Shown: piece by piece, positions 12,373 through 24,925 of the stretch
Layout: every line of letters starts with the position of its first letter
Numbering within the stretch: position 1 is the first letter of the stretch
From: Takakia lepidozioides
Lineage: Eukaryota > Plantae > Bryophyta
Assembly: GCA_030704615.1 (NCBI GenBank)
Contig: CM060731.1
Span: 21,018,001 to 21,082,000 of the forward strand
Length of the DNA stretch: 64,000 bases
Direction: 5' to 3'
Notes under the pieces: generated by a model
Told to the model about the DNA's origin: nothing
Seen by the model: only the letters and a program-made list of their open reading frames with translations
Database searches by the model: none
Position numbers and translations under genes: made by a program

Positions 12373-12469
12373 GACTCGGTACAGAGTGAGTTTCTTGGGA
12401 GTGACTAGGGAACATGCATGTTGACACTTACTCCTCCTACCTGGCAAGCTGGAGAGATAGTTTACCCTG

Positions 12470-13120
12470 GGCTTAGCACCTTTGCATGTCCTCTCCCCAC
12501 ATATAGCCATACAGGTTTTGTGGATGAAGGCCATCACTTCTCAGTGGTTCGAGATCATGGCCTCCCTCCTACAGTGGCGCATATTTGCCTGCATGGTGGA
12601 CCATCTTGGCTGCACAGGCCGTTTGACAGAGGACTTTGTCAACAAAATTAACTCGGTGTTTTGGTGTTGGTGGCCCTGCTTAGTGCTTGCAACATTCATG
12701 CCGATGTGGAGTAACAGAAATGTCGCAAATGCCTTCTCAAGTGGCATGCTACAAACTATGTGACATCTATGCAGCAGCTGGCAGCTGGGATGATGACTTG
12801 TAAAGGTGAGAAATAGAGCTGTTAGAAAGGAGCCAGGGTGTAGGTTGATAACTGCTCATGTAATCTGTCTCCTAGCAGATTCAATTGAGGATCCATGCGG
12901 AGGTGAGGAGATTCTCTAGTTGGATGAAAGAGGAGGGGTACGTGCCTGACACATGATATGCATGATGCAGAGGAGCAAAAGGAAGTTTCTCTATACCGCC
13001 ACGGGAGAAGCTGGCGATTTGCTCATCTGCATACCCCCTGGAATGGCGATGAGTGTCACTAAGAACCTTTGGGTGTGTGGTCACCGCCACACCTTCATTT
13101 CCCAGATTGTTCGGCGAGTT
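12470..13120 (+). pseudogene. Heavily decayed L2-S2-E-DYW relic of a third PPR-DYW copy
   Basis: Fragments YSHTGFVDEGHHF..DHGLPPTVAH, CMVDHLGCTGRL, ccagggtgt (PG box), GYVPDT, gagaagctggcg (EKLA) and PPGMAMSVTKNLWVCGHRH align with 9880-10620 and contain many indels. Confidence 0.8.
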
Positions 13121-14472
13121 GTATGGTGGTTTCTGGTGAACCAAACAAAATGCATCGCAGTGTGCTTCAGATGTGAATCACAAAAGGTCACAACTGTAAG
13201 CAAAATGTGAGTCCATTTGAGCCAGTGAAGAAGTTTCCCTGAACTCCATCGCAGATTCAGCAGATCTTATGCATGAGCTGTGCGTGAAAGGGGGTCTGGC
13301 AACAAAGCTTCCTGCCGGAAGGCAAGGGCATAATTCGGGAGCTACATGCACCGGAATATGACCTAGAAACAGCAACAGCACGTAAGACTTTAAACCTGGC
13401 CTTTTTCTTCCGTCGTTCTGTGCTGGCCTTGCCCTTTAGTGATCTTCTCTCTTCCTCTGCATACGTTCGCGTAGCTACGGGGTATGTTCCCCCTCTGTGA
13501 GCCCTTCACGGCCCCATGTGGTTATTTTTTCAACTCTTTTAATTTAGTTCAAGGGTTTTATCCCTTTTCGCGAGGGGGGAAAATATTTAAAAAGACGGCA
13601 GAAGAAAAAAAAGAAGAAAAAACATCCACCACTTCCCACCGCGCACAATAGAGTCTATATTCTCTACCTCTTGCACCAAGCAAGAATCCTACCACTAGAC
13701 CAAGTGCCCCAAGTGATTTGAAATGTATGTTATTCAAAAAACAATAGGAACAATGTAAGAACTTAATGCAGGTGTGCGATTTGATGGTAGAAAATACGTA
13801 GACCTTGATCCATTGCCCACGGCCGTTTAAAGGTGTTTATCTTCCAACCCCCTTCTCCCTTTCTCTCTCTTCTTTGCAATGTGGCCATAGACGGCAGTCT
13901 CATTTCAGCTGGAGGAGGGAAGAAATGCACTACTGAAAGGTAGAACCAAACCAACAGGCTCGGCAATGTAAGTTCGGAGTTTACTGTATTTGTTTTAGTG
14001 AAATATACTAGAATTAAGGTGGTGTTGCTTCCATATGAAAAACTACAAGTTGGCTACAGCTTTTCGGGGGTAGGTGTCCAGACTCACATGGCCCTGTGGA
14101 CGTTAGCTAGTTTGACACACAATTGCAAGTATGGCTCAAACAGGCTGTTGTCTCTTCCAAAGCTAGTTTAGAAACACCAACCCGATATTACAATGGTCTC
14201 CTGTGCATGAATGATAAGGTAGATGAACCTAATTCAAACCACTTTTAAAAATGGACCCCTAGATAAATACACAAAACCAACCACATGCAAAGCTAGAAAG
14301 GCTCATATCTTTACAAGTGGTCCAGCTTAGATCATGTGGGGGGCTACAATGGTAATTGCAGTCACCTCTTTTAGATCAAGGTCGATTATGATGACAGCAG
14401 CGAGTGGAAACCTTCATAATTACATGTGGTTCATATTTGAAATATTGCTGCGCAGTTGGAGTGAGGTATTAA

Positions 14473-15669
14473 CCCTTAAGTGTCAAACTGAACCATTTTG
14501 GGTCAGTTAGGTTTTTTTAACCAGCCATAACTTCCTGTGGTTAGGGCAGATTGGCCTTTTTTTTGGCTCAATCGACAGATAATTGGGTCCCCCTTCATAT
14601 GGCATTGGCCAATTGGTCAATGCCTGAAGGGGTATGGGTATGGACCAATTGGAAGGGGGCACATTCAGCTTGTTGAGGCCAATTTGGCCCCCCTAACCTG
14701 CCCAAGTTGCTGACATGGCAACTGCGGTCAGGTTAGGGTGACTGAAAGATACCCCATAAAGGTTAGGGCGGCACGCTCCCCCAAACTCCTTGATTGCCCG
14801 GCGGGGGCATGGTGCCCGGCGCAGGTTTGGGCATTCCCAGGCCTGGGCCCTAGCCTGAATCGACGGCGATGGCAGCTCCGGCAAACGGCATGCAGGGCGG
14901 GCTGGAGGGAGCTCGAGAAAAATGCCACGAGGGGTGGGCCAAACCTAGGGCGGGGGTTTGAGAGGGTTGAGTGGAGTGGCCCCCCATGAAAGCAGGCCCG
15001 GTAAAGCCAGAGGAGCTCCCAAGCCCCATGCCCTTCTGGGCTATGGCTCCAAATAACCTAGGCCTGCAGGCTATAACATAGGTGTGCCATTTGAAGTCTT
15101 GGGCAGGGAACCTAAAGATGTGAGGGCAGTTACCAATTGGTCCCAAACTTTTTTTGGGATCTCAAATGGATGTTCATGACACTTCAACCGAAGGGATTAG
15201 GAATTGAACGGCTGAATTTGTTTGTATAATTTTATGAAGAGATATTTTGGCCCTGCCCAAAGAAATGGCATATTTTTGACCCCCCAATTTGTCACTACAA
15301 AGGAGCCCACTTGAGAACATTTCAGAAAAAACTGAAATTTTATGAGAATGTGTGTTATCAGGTATGGAACAACATTCTTGAGACTCTCAAACAGAAAAAA
15401 ATTAAAAATGCCCAAATACGAGCAGAAAATTACTTTTTTTGGCACCTAGTTCTTAGTGGAGATTTTTTTTTTTGTCCCCGCTCTACACTTCATAATCTTC
15501 AGATCTGGCAGTTGGATTTTGGTGAAACTTTTTGTGGTAGGAGGTGGGGTAGGTGGGAAGTAATTCCAACGGTCAGTTTTACAAGGACACAAAGATTCTA
15601 TAGATAAAAAAAAATTTGTGGGTCATGTTTTTCCACGAGAGGGTGAAAATGAGTTTTGACACTTAAGGG
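14473..15669. mobile_element. Non-autonomous piggyBac-like DNA transposon (1197 bp)
   Basis: Perfect 15-bp TIRs CCCTTAAGTGTCAAA (14473-14487) and TTTGACACTTAAGGG (15655-15669), each flanked by TTAA (14469-14472, 15670-15673). No transposase ORF inside. Confidence 0.75.
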
Positions 15670-16039
15670 TTAAGGCAGATTTGGTAACGCCTCCAAACAG
15701 TTAAGCAGGATGCCTCGATCCGATTTACAGCATGCCGCCGTCACTTATTGCATGAAACTACGTTAGTTGTTGAATTGATTGTGATCAAATTTGAATTTCA
15801 AACTAGGCACTATAACTGCAGAGGCGGGCCATTTTCGAAATGGAGTTTTAGAGGGAAATATCCACATTTGCTTTCACGTTCAGTTGGTACCAAAATCGAA
15901 CAAATTCCATGCTTCCCAGGCATTTCGATTGTTATCTGGTAGTGATTTGGGAGGTAATCATGAGAATGTTCAGTTTGTGAGTAGTGATTCTGATCGTGAG
16001 TGCCAAAGGAGGGAAATTCATAATCGACAGATATCGCGA

Positions 16040-18354
16040 TCAATGACGACTGATCAGCCCGATAGTGAGTTGAGTGATTCAGGAAGTGACTCGTTAGATA
16101 ATCCTGCAAATTATGAGTGGGCGCAAAATCCATATGATAGTGTTGAGATCCAGTGTGGGCAAGGTAGAGGTTTCGAAATTGATGACGATGGCACACAGGG
16201 AGTTCACAGTTGCGGGGTTAACGATCCACCGATGCCTAATCCCATATCCACTCCCGTTCTGAATTTAGACTGCACACAAAATGCAGACGTGACACCTGAC
16301 TGCTAGACGATCACACGGAGCTCCTCATCTGAAGAAGAACGGGAACTGGACAAACAATTCATTGAGATTGACGATGAATGTTGTGGGGGCAGGAATGGCA
16401 ATTCGAGAGGCAAGCAGGCAGTGAGGTGTCCCTCTGACAAGCCTGCGAAACCATTTATATGGAGTAACAAGAACCAGAAAGCGGGGAATCAAAGGGATAT
16501 TGACAGACAACGAGGAAGTTGAATTGGTAAATTACATTATAAAGATGCAGGAGTATGGGCACCCGCTGACGTTAACACAGTTGCGCTTGAAGGTCGCAGA
16601 GATTTGCCAGGAACGCCAAACACCATTCAAAGACGGTATCCCAGGGTGTGGTTGGGTTAGATGGTTCAAAAAGAGGCACCCATAACTTTCTTTGCGGCAT
16701 TCCCAAGGCTTGGAAACAGGACGTGCCAAGGGACTTTGTCCAGCCAATGTCCAATCGTTTTATGATAACCTGGCTGAAGTATATAGGAAACACAACTATT
16801 CACCAAAGAGGATTTGGAATTGCGATGAATCAGGGGCTCAAGCAGGGAGGAACAGAGGAGCTTTAGTCATTGCCAAGAAGGGTTCCAGAAGAGTCCATTC
16901 AATTATACCAGACGAGAGGGAATGGCTCTCGGTACTGTCATGTATGAATGCAGGTAGCGGAAAGATTCCAAATTTCTATATTTTCAAAGGCAAAAGGTTC
17001 AGACAGAATTACATAATTCGTTGTGAGAGCGGTGCAACTATGGCGATGCAACCGAAGACTTGGATGACCTCCTTCTTGTTCTCAAAGTGAATATCTCACT
17101 TCATTACAGCAGCTGAACATCTCGGGAATGCCATCATACCACAGAATCGGCACCTACTCATTCTCGATGGACACAATTCACACGTCACTATTCATGTCGT
17201 CAAGAAAGCAAAGGAGGTGGGCCTAGATCTCCTCACACTTCCTTCACACACATCACATGCCATGCAGCCCTTGGATGTGTCCATGTTTAAGTCATTCAAG
17301 ACAAACTTTAGAGCATTTCGAGATGTCTGGGCAGCTGCTAATAAAAGAGCTATAGCGAAGAAGGAAGATCTAGCTCCATGGGTGTCATTATCTCTTAACA
17401 AAGCTCTCAGTTCGGACAAAAGGATTTATGACGACAGGGATATGGCCTATCAATCCAGAAGCAATGGCTCATAAGATGGGTCCAAGTCAAGGGTTCAGAA
17501 ATGAAGAGTCGAAGGATGACCCTCAGGCAAGTCCAGAAGAGATACGATCGGCAACCATTGAATTACAAGTCGAGGGAGTTATGGGGTATCATGTGATACC
17601 CTCAACACAAGATCAACGACAACATTATTTCGTGCAAGTTGAAAGTGACGCCGAAGTAGATGGTGAAGCCACCAGTGAGCAGCCGAGAACTCAGTCCAAC
17701 AGTCTATCCCCATCAGCTGAAAGAGCTGAAAGAGACATGGTTCCTGCATTGATTAGTCGAGACAACATTTCAAACTTCCTAACCTTGCCAGAAATTCGAG
17801 TATCGACACGACGTCAATGACCTACAGACTCTACCGAACCATCCATTGATTATAGCAAATCGATATTGATGACTTCAGATGATTATTTGAGATCATTGGA
17901 GCAGAAATCTGCACGGAAAGAGGAAGCTACCAGGCTTAGGGAAGAACGGAGGGCAGCACTAGTTTTGGCCAAGGAACGGAGGGCAGCTGAGAAGCTTGAT
18001 AAAGCAAATGTAAAATGCCAGAGGGGTGAGGATCGGCAGGCCATGAAACGATTCAATGAGGCTTGGTCTGCAAAGTCATGCACTGCGGCTGGAGAGAGGC
18101 TCCACGAGGTGATCAGAACACAAGCACCAATCCCTCCTAGCACGTACAGAGGAGTGTATTGCCGGAATGCTTCTCCCATTTGCCGAAGGAACATGAAAAT
18201 TGCTATTCAACGTAGAGCAGCGAGGAAAGCCGGACAAGATATTTCAAACTTGCAGCTCATAGAACCTCCCTGGGTGTACAGACTAATCAGAAGTGGAAGG
18301 TTACGGTTATTCAAGGCTTCCAGATATGAAAGGATGCAAAACATGAATGACTAA
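16040..18354 (+). mobile_element. pogo/Fot-like (Tc1-mariner) transposase pseudogene, DD35D
   Basis: HTH-psq-like GNWT..MAIREASRQ*GVPLTSLRNHL, CENP-B-like HTH (LTDNEEVELVNYI..GWVRWFKKRHP), and catalytic motifs WNCDESG, LILDGHNSH and QPLDVSMF with 35 residues between the last two Asp. In-frame stops near 16421, 16683, 17088 and 17818, plus frameshifts. Confidence 0.88.
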
Positions 18355-20459
18355 GATCAGATCTGAAAGGATGGAAGACTACGATCAAATCTGAAAGGAT
18401 GCAAGACATGTATGACTTACTTACCCAAACTCCAACATACCCTAGACCCAAACTTAGAAATTTGAAGGTTTGCGTTGGCTATTCTCTGGTTATTTTTTGA
18501 TGTGCAAATGTGGTGGCTGTTTGAGCTCGTGTGTTCCTGCGTGAGGCTTTGACTGTTAAACAATCCCTTGACCTGGGGGCTCCAAAAACTAAGTTCACAC
18601 CATTGTTCACTAACTTAGATCTCATTTTATTTTATTGCTGGAAGGTCCTGATATGGGTTTCTAATTGAATGCACAAGAAGGACCATTGTTGGTGAAGAGT
18701 AAAAGTTCCTGAAGTATTTGTCTACAGACAGGCTGGCGATGCAACCTTTTCATTTTGTGGTTTTGCTCTATTCTAGAAACGTTCCTTGCTACTGGAAAAT
18801 GGATACTAGCCATTGTTTCCCATAACTTAGATGGCAGGATTCCAGCAGGACTCAATGGGAGCAATGAGTTAGAACACAATGCAGATGGGAGTGACCTGCA
18901 AATTTGATTTAGTCACATGGTGGCCAGCCAATCTATCTAATTTACTTGGAACTGGTGTGGTGTAACTATTGTGGAATGAACTTTGTTTTCAGGTTTAAAT
19001 CCACCGGTCCTGTGAAAAATCTCGGCTGTTTCAAGTTATTTTTAGTCCATTGAGTTCTGGCCAGTTTTCAGTGTGTAAAACCAGAAAATGTACTTAGGGC
19101 TTCCATACAAATTTCACAGGAGTATTTTCTGTCATCAATCTAGGAGAACCTTGTATAAATTCTGTGAGGTTAACATATCTTGGAGCTTGCCAAACAATTT
19201 TTTCATAGTAGATATTGTGTCCTCCATTGGCAGATATTTCTGCACATATCAAATGGAGGAAGAGACGAGAATGAAATCCGTTGGTTAGGTGTAGAAGATG
19301 GGTTTGCAGTTGTGGATGCAATGCGGGAAGTTGGCTTGCGGCCCTCACGCATGGCGCTGGAAACTCTCCTGACTACATCAAGCTGTGTATGTGTCTGTGA
19401 AACAGAGAGTGTCCTGAACTGGTCGTAGTGACTGTTAGCTAAGGTGTACCCTTAGGTCTCAGTCCAGTCCTCAGAAGATCAGTTCTGGTAGGCTGCATCT
19501 ACCAGGGAATGACCCTCAGCCCGACATTCACTGACCTCTCACAACCAGCAACAAAGTTGACTGCAAAGTTGACTAATTAATTGATCAAATCATGCACTGT
19601 TAATCAAGGCACCTTCTTCAACACATTTCACCCTGTTTTCCCCTCTTAATATGACATGGTCCTCAACACTTTTGGCCTGAGAAGTAAGGCAGTTGTGAGC
19701 ACATTGTTTTGTAAGGTATCGGATACATGAAGTCTGTGTGATTATACCAGAGGTTTCATTCCTAGTGCGCGAGCAGTTGATCGGATTCCTAAATCTATGT
19801 TCGCAGCTGAGCTAGCTCTAACCTAAGGCTAGACTGGTCAATTTAGTTCTTCTCAATTGTAGATCATACTGGCGGGAGAAGGAATCGAAACTGGCGGGAG
19901 ACCGGATCATATCTTGTGATGAGCGATCAGGTTTACGTTTCAGTCTGATCAGTTTTAGGAAGCGAGGAGATTAGTTTTCTCACGCCATCTGATTATGTTT
20001 GAGCAACTTGTGGTCTGATTTTGGCTGGTGGTAGATCACCATGCATATGGACCCGATCAGTTTGGTACTTAATCGAACTCAGGTTACTAGAAGAGGCAGG
20101 TTTATTTTATATAAGTACACGAGCAGTTTGCTGGCAGGAGTTGTGCACATTTTGTATATGTATCACTCCATGAAGAGACAAACAACTTACACGTTAAGGA
20201 CACTGCAGTGTGAGTGTTCGGTTGATTTCTGGTCCAGAATAGAGCCCTCTACTGGCCCACAATGGGTGTTTTCTGTATTCGCACTTTGAATAATCAACAA
20301 TATTACGGTTTTTGACATTTGATTTTTGTTTGTTCTGCAACAATTCTTATTTACATTTGCCAATATCAGAAAAATATCAGTACCAAAAATGCATCTCTCA
20401 ACTTTGTTGTGTTTCTTAAATGAGCCAGAATAGGTTCATCTACCTAAATCTGGTACTAC

Positions 20460-21870
20460 ATTAAGGTCTGCCAGGGGTTTTCCCAATAAAAATTCTGCCC
20501 GTGAAACAGCCGAATCAAAGACACCCATGAACCCCCTGGCATCTCCCCTCCAATTTGGAATGAAGCCCTCAACACCATGTAGAAACAAAAGCAAAAGGGA
20601 AAGCAAAACCTTATAGAAAACATGAACAAAAGACTGCACAAGCTGTTGGTCTTGCAATGCTGAAGCCTTTATGCCAAGCTTTCCACCCTTCCCTCCTTTA
20701 GGAAGTCTAGAGGCCATGCTCCCCACATGCTTCCGTTAGGGTTCGAGCTGCTACGACTAAGATTTTGTAAGAACCGGAACATGAGGTTATGAAAGAAATA
20801 ATCGCCCAACACTGAAAATAACCTCTTTGAAAGTAACCCCGAGGTAAAGAGCCATCTAAGAATTCCCTTTGTTAAAATCGCAACCTTCTCAGACGGGAAG
20901 TTTCATCTTAATAGGAGGAGGTATTGTACACCAGTTGGAAGAACCCTCGACCCGGAATTCAAACTGTGGAAGGGCCTCATCAGCTGCCCTTCCCCTACAC
21001 ATAGTAATATAATAATAATATAATATATGATGTCATAAATTATGGTGTCTCTTCACCCTAAATGGCTACTATTGCCTTCCAATAGGAAGGTGGACACCTT
21101 TGCGACACCAATAGGTGGATTGAACCCAAATTGAACCCACAATCACTTTTGAGGTGGTATGTGCCCATTACCACTAGGCTACAATTTGGTTGTCCCCTAT
21201 ACATCAGGTGTGGAGAACAATGCTCATGGAAGGCCCCGCAAAAAGGGAGAGAAGATTATACCACACCTGTCAAGGCATTTGAACTCAGAATTAACTCAGT
21301 TCTCTATCCAAGTGACTGCTTTGGCCAAGCTGTGCTGTGACCAAATGGCAAAGCTATGCTGTAGCCCAAGTTTCATTTAAAAAAAAATCAGCGAGTGAGA
21401 AGATAGCATGATGAAGTGGAGGGGCGGGTGGAAAAGGAGGGGAGGACAGGCAGATGAGAGGAAATAGGGGAGTTAAACAACATGCCAGTAGAACAGGCAA
21501 TACATATATATATATATATATAGGCAATATGTATATATATATATTAGAGAAAGGTTTGAGGGGGACCTTTTAATTTATTACTGAGGAAAAAGTAACCTCA
21601 CAAACAGGTCATGCAGGCTGATGAAGGGGACGCCGCCCCGTGACCAAGAGACAAGGAGAATGGCAACGATGAAGAGCCATGAAAACACTATCAGACCGTA
21701 AGAGCCGAAGATGGCATGCGCCTAACTGCATATTAAAGTTGGGCTCCTAAGAAGGCATAAAAAGAGGAAGAGCAGTAGATGCCAAAGAGCATTGTTGAAG
21801 CGAGCGAAAAGCAAAATTCAGCTAAGTAAGCTAGCCTTCAGATACTGGGCAACTGAGGAGGAACAGCCGG
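20460..21870 (-). mobile_element. Possible very old L1-type LINE relic, interrupted by a SINE
   Basis: Weak motif echoes only: LPKGGKGGKLGIK..LQDQQL (compare LPK..GGLGI) and PFSLSLGHG..SP (compare FSLSRSVRQGCP). Confidence 0.3.
21026..21194 (-). mobile_element. tRNA-derived SINE, family A
   Basis: The reverse complement matches 34342-34519 and 38388-38561 (gacaacca start, A box, GGTTCAA B box, ggtgtccaccttcct..ggaaggca..gtagcc body). Confidence 0.7.
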
Positions 21871-22159
21871 TGAGTCCCAGCCAATATATATATATTTTTT
21901 GGCAATATTGATAACCGGAAAATTTTCATTATATTCGGCGAATGTATTTAATCGTAAAACATTGTGGGCCGGTCATTACAAGGCTACTTCTAAAGCTTTA
22001 TTTTTTCCACTTCATTGTACCTTCATCCATCCTTTAATAAATTTCCAGGGCCTTTGTCCCTGTTCTTTAAGAAATAAAAAATAAAAAAATAAAAAAAGTT
22101 AAGCGCCTTTGCACCGGAATAGTATTGGGATGGGTGACCTCCACGGTAGTCCCTACACT

Positions 22160-22270
22160 CACAATAAAACCACCAGTCAGTAGAGCACTGAGTACCACCC
22201 AGGTGATTCTGGGTTCAAATCCTGCTACCTTTTCGGTGCGATATGATCTTCTCCCCCTTCCCTTGAAGAG
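22160..22270 (+). mobile_element. tRNA-derived SINE-like repeat, family B
   Basis: Contains cagtagagcactgagtaccacccaggtgattctgGGTTCAAATCCtgctac; homologous to 29625-29735. Confidence 0.55.
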
Positions 22271-23764
22271 GAAACCCAGAATATTTGAGATGGTTTTTGA
22301 AGTAGAGGGGTGTAAAAGTCTGCTGGCACAGTAGACTCAGGAATAATCCTGGAAGGAGAGTCTGTCCCTTGAGCATTGAGCACAAGCCTTGTGCTCGCCG
22401 CCTCATGGCGACAGAGAAAAATCTCGACCATCGGGCCACCTCCTCTGTCTAAAATGGCCGTGCCACGTCTGCGCCACGTAGGATGAACGTGTGTAAACGT
22501 GGTAACCCGAGCAGTCAAAAGAATGACTGGAAGTGCGGGCCCAGCAAAGCGCAGACAGCGATCGGGGGCGGTGCGGTGGAGGTCGGGGGGGTGGCCCGAT
22601 GTGGAGACGGGAGATAGCAGCGGCGGAAGCGCGGCGATCAAATCGATCGTAATGGTGAGGTCACGGGTGCGCAAGATCCGGTGTGAAGCCAGGAATGATT
22701 TCTGGTTTCCATGTGAAGCTCCGCCCTGCGATCTGGCCCACAAACTTGATTCGCCTGTCTTGTTTTGTCACTAGCACGCTAGATGTGTACGTCTGTCTCT
22801 TTGTCTTTCTCTGTCTAGTTTCTCGGAGGATAGGCGTAAAACCTGACGGGCAAAATGTTGATTATGTCTAACATACGTGGAGTAGTGGGAGCAAGGGGTT
22901 TTTAGTAGGTTTCCCGTTTACTTCTGATTCTGTTCCGAACCGGGAATGGTTGCACGAGGCCTGCTGTTGTGTAACTTATCTATGCTCGCTCTGTCTCTCT
23001 TTCTCTTCTCTTGGCGCGGGGTCTATGGCCAGAAGGCTAGGGCAAACAACGTCGTATGAGTACATTCTCTCTTTTCTGAGACCAAAGCGAGTTCTTCAAT
23101 TACGCTAGAAATCAGGTTTTGTTCATCTGTTTGTCCTGGTGTTGGATACTATCCTCCTTTGGTTTGGGCGTGTTCTCTATCAGGGGAGAAGTGTGTGAAG
23201 GAGCAAGACATCACTCTGCCTTTTGCATACATAGACAGTGGGATTGGCCTTTGGTTAAATACGGTATCCGACCTCCTCCCTACGTACTGGTAACACTATC
23301 TAAGGTCACAGCACAGTTGTATAGATTTTTTATAGATCAATTCTTGAATTTGGTTCGCATAACTGTGTTACGATGTTTCGGGCATGTCTGACTAGATATT
23401 GGAGAACAACGCATGTGTTTTCCATGTGTACATCAGTGGAGATCCTATGAGCTGGCATTGCTTCTTAGTGCGATGGCCCTCTACTCTTTTCCAATTCTGC
23501 AGATTGCCGTAGAGCGAAAAGAGAGAGTACATATGTGATACCGGAAAGCGAGACTCTCGTAAGTGCGAGGGTCTATGTGTAGCACTTGCATAGTCCATTA
23601 ACAGAAGGATAAAGCCATAGATAAACTGTTTGCAAGTTTTTTTTCTTGCTTATCGCTCATGCTCAGGGCCGTTAAGGATGCGCGCAGGAACTGATTGTTG
23701 CGAGGGCTTCGGTGCGGTGCACACACACACATGCAACCTAATCACTCGCTGCAGAGAGACTGAC

Positions 23765-24925
23765 ATGGATGAGAAAATCTGGAGTGCCCTGCCCCAAGCG
23801 TTAGTGGACCGGGTGCTGGCAAGGCTTCCTCTTCCACTCCTTTTCCAATGTCGCACTGTGTGTAAGAAATGGAACTCCATCATCTCTTCACGGACATTTC
23901 AAGGCATGTGTGCAACTGTCTCTTCAAAGGATATATACTTCCCCACGCTGTGTGTCCATGGCGACGGCAGGCTCTACTACGGGTACGATCCGGCAATGGC
24001 GAAATGGCACAAGATAAATTCTCTCGACTTTCTTCCTTCGAATGCAGACATCTTTGTGGCTGGAACAGGAGGCTTATTCTGTTTCAAAGACTATGAATGG
24101 GACTTGGATGTGTCAGATCGGTTGTTTGTTTGCAACCCCGTGACCAAGAGTTGGAAAGAGCTACCTCCGATTAATGGGGAGGATCCAGGGGATCCATGGT
24201 GGCTTTCCATAATCCATATAGTAGCAGCGGATGAGCACACTGACGGTTACCAGGTCATAGTTGTAGGAAATGATTGGTTCAATCAAATCGGGGATGGAAA
24301 GCCAGGGTTCAGAAGCACAAAGGTTTATAATTCCGTTTCAAATTCGTGGACTGTCACTGATAGCCTTCCTGACAGAATCAAACTTCTGGGTCGCGGAAAC
24401 ACACTATGCAATGGGTTGCTCTATTGCGTGGTTTTGGAAGAAGGATGGTGGTCCAAAATAGGGGTGATAGCATATGACATACGAAGCGGACAGTGGATTG
24501 ATACTGTGCATATCCTTCCTTTACCAGACCATGTGGGTGTGAAAGTGCCACAGCTAGTGGCATGTGGGGGCCATGTTTTCATGATAGTGGGACTGACAGG
24601 AGGACACAAGCCTGGCCAGATCCTTGAAAGGGTCCATATTTTCATGCTCAAACCTGCAGAGAACAGATTGATTGAGGTAACCCAAATGCCCAAGGAGCTT
24701 GTGGCTGCTATGAAAGTGAAAGCAGGGCCAGAGGGGTACACCAGCGCCGCCTTTGGGCATCGAATCTATGTGGCTTGTCAGAACAGGTTATTCGTGTTTG
24801 ACATCTTTTCACAGTCTTGGACTACCCAATCCTGCTATCACTCTCTTGCACATTGCACCCAACGCTTGACCAAGATGTACTCGTACCATCCGGTGGTATT
24901 TCAGCCCAGCCTAACTGCGCCCTGA
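23765..24925 (+). CDS. F-box protein with C-terminal kelch/FBA-like beta-propeller
   Basis: F-box MDEKIWSALPQALVDRVLARLPLPLLFQCRTVCKKWNSII, followed by GGLFCF..LFVCNPVTKSWKELPP and VYNSVSNSW repeats. Single open exon; an upstream exon is possible. Confidence 0.9.
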   Translation: MDEKIWSALPQALVDRVLARLPLPLLFQCRTVCKKWNSIISSRTFQGMCATVSSKDIYFPTLCVHGDGRLYYGYDPAMAKWHKINSLDFLPSNADIFVAGTGGLFCFKDYEWDLDVSDRLFVCNPVTKSWKELPPINGEDPGDPWWLSIIHIVAADEHTDGYQVIVVGNDWFNQIGDGKPGFRSTKVYNSVSNSWTVTDSLPDRIKLLGRGNTLCNGLLYCVVLEEGWWSKIGVIAYDIRSGQWIDTVHILPLPDHVGVKVPQLVACGGHVFMIVGLTGGHKPGQILERVHIFMLKPAENRLIEVTQMPKELVAAMKVKAGPEGYTSAAFGHRIYVACQNRLFVFDIFSQSWTTQSCYHSLAHCTQRLTKMYSYHPVVFQPSLTAP

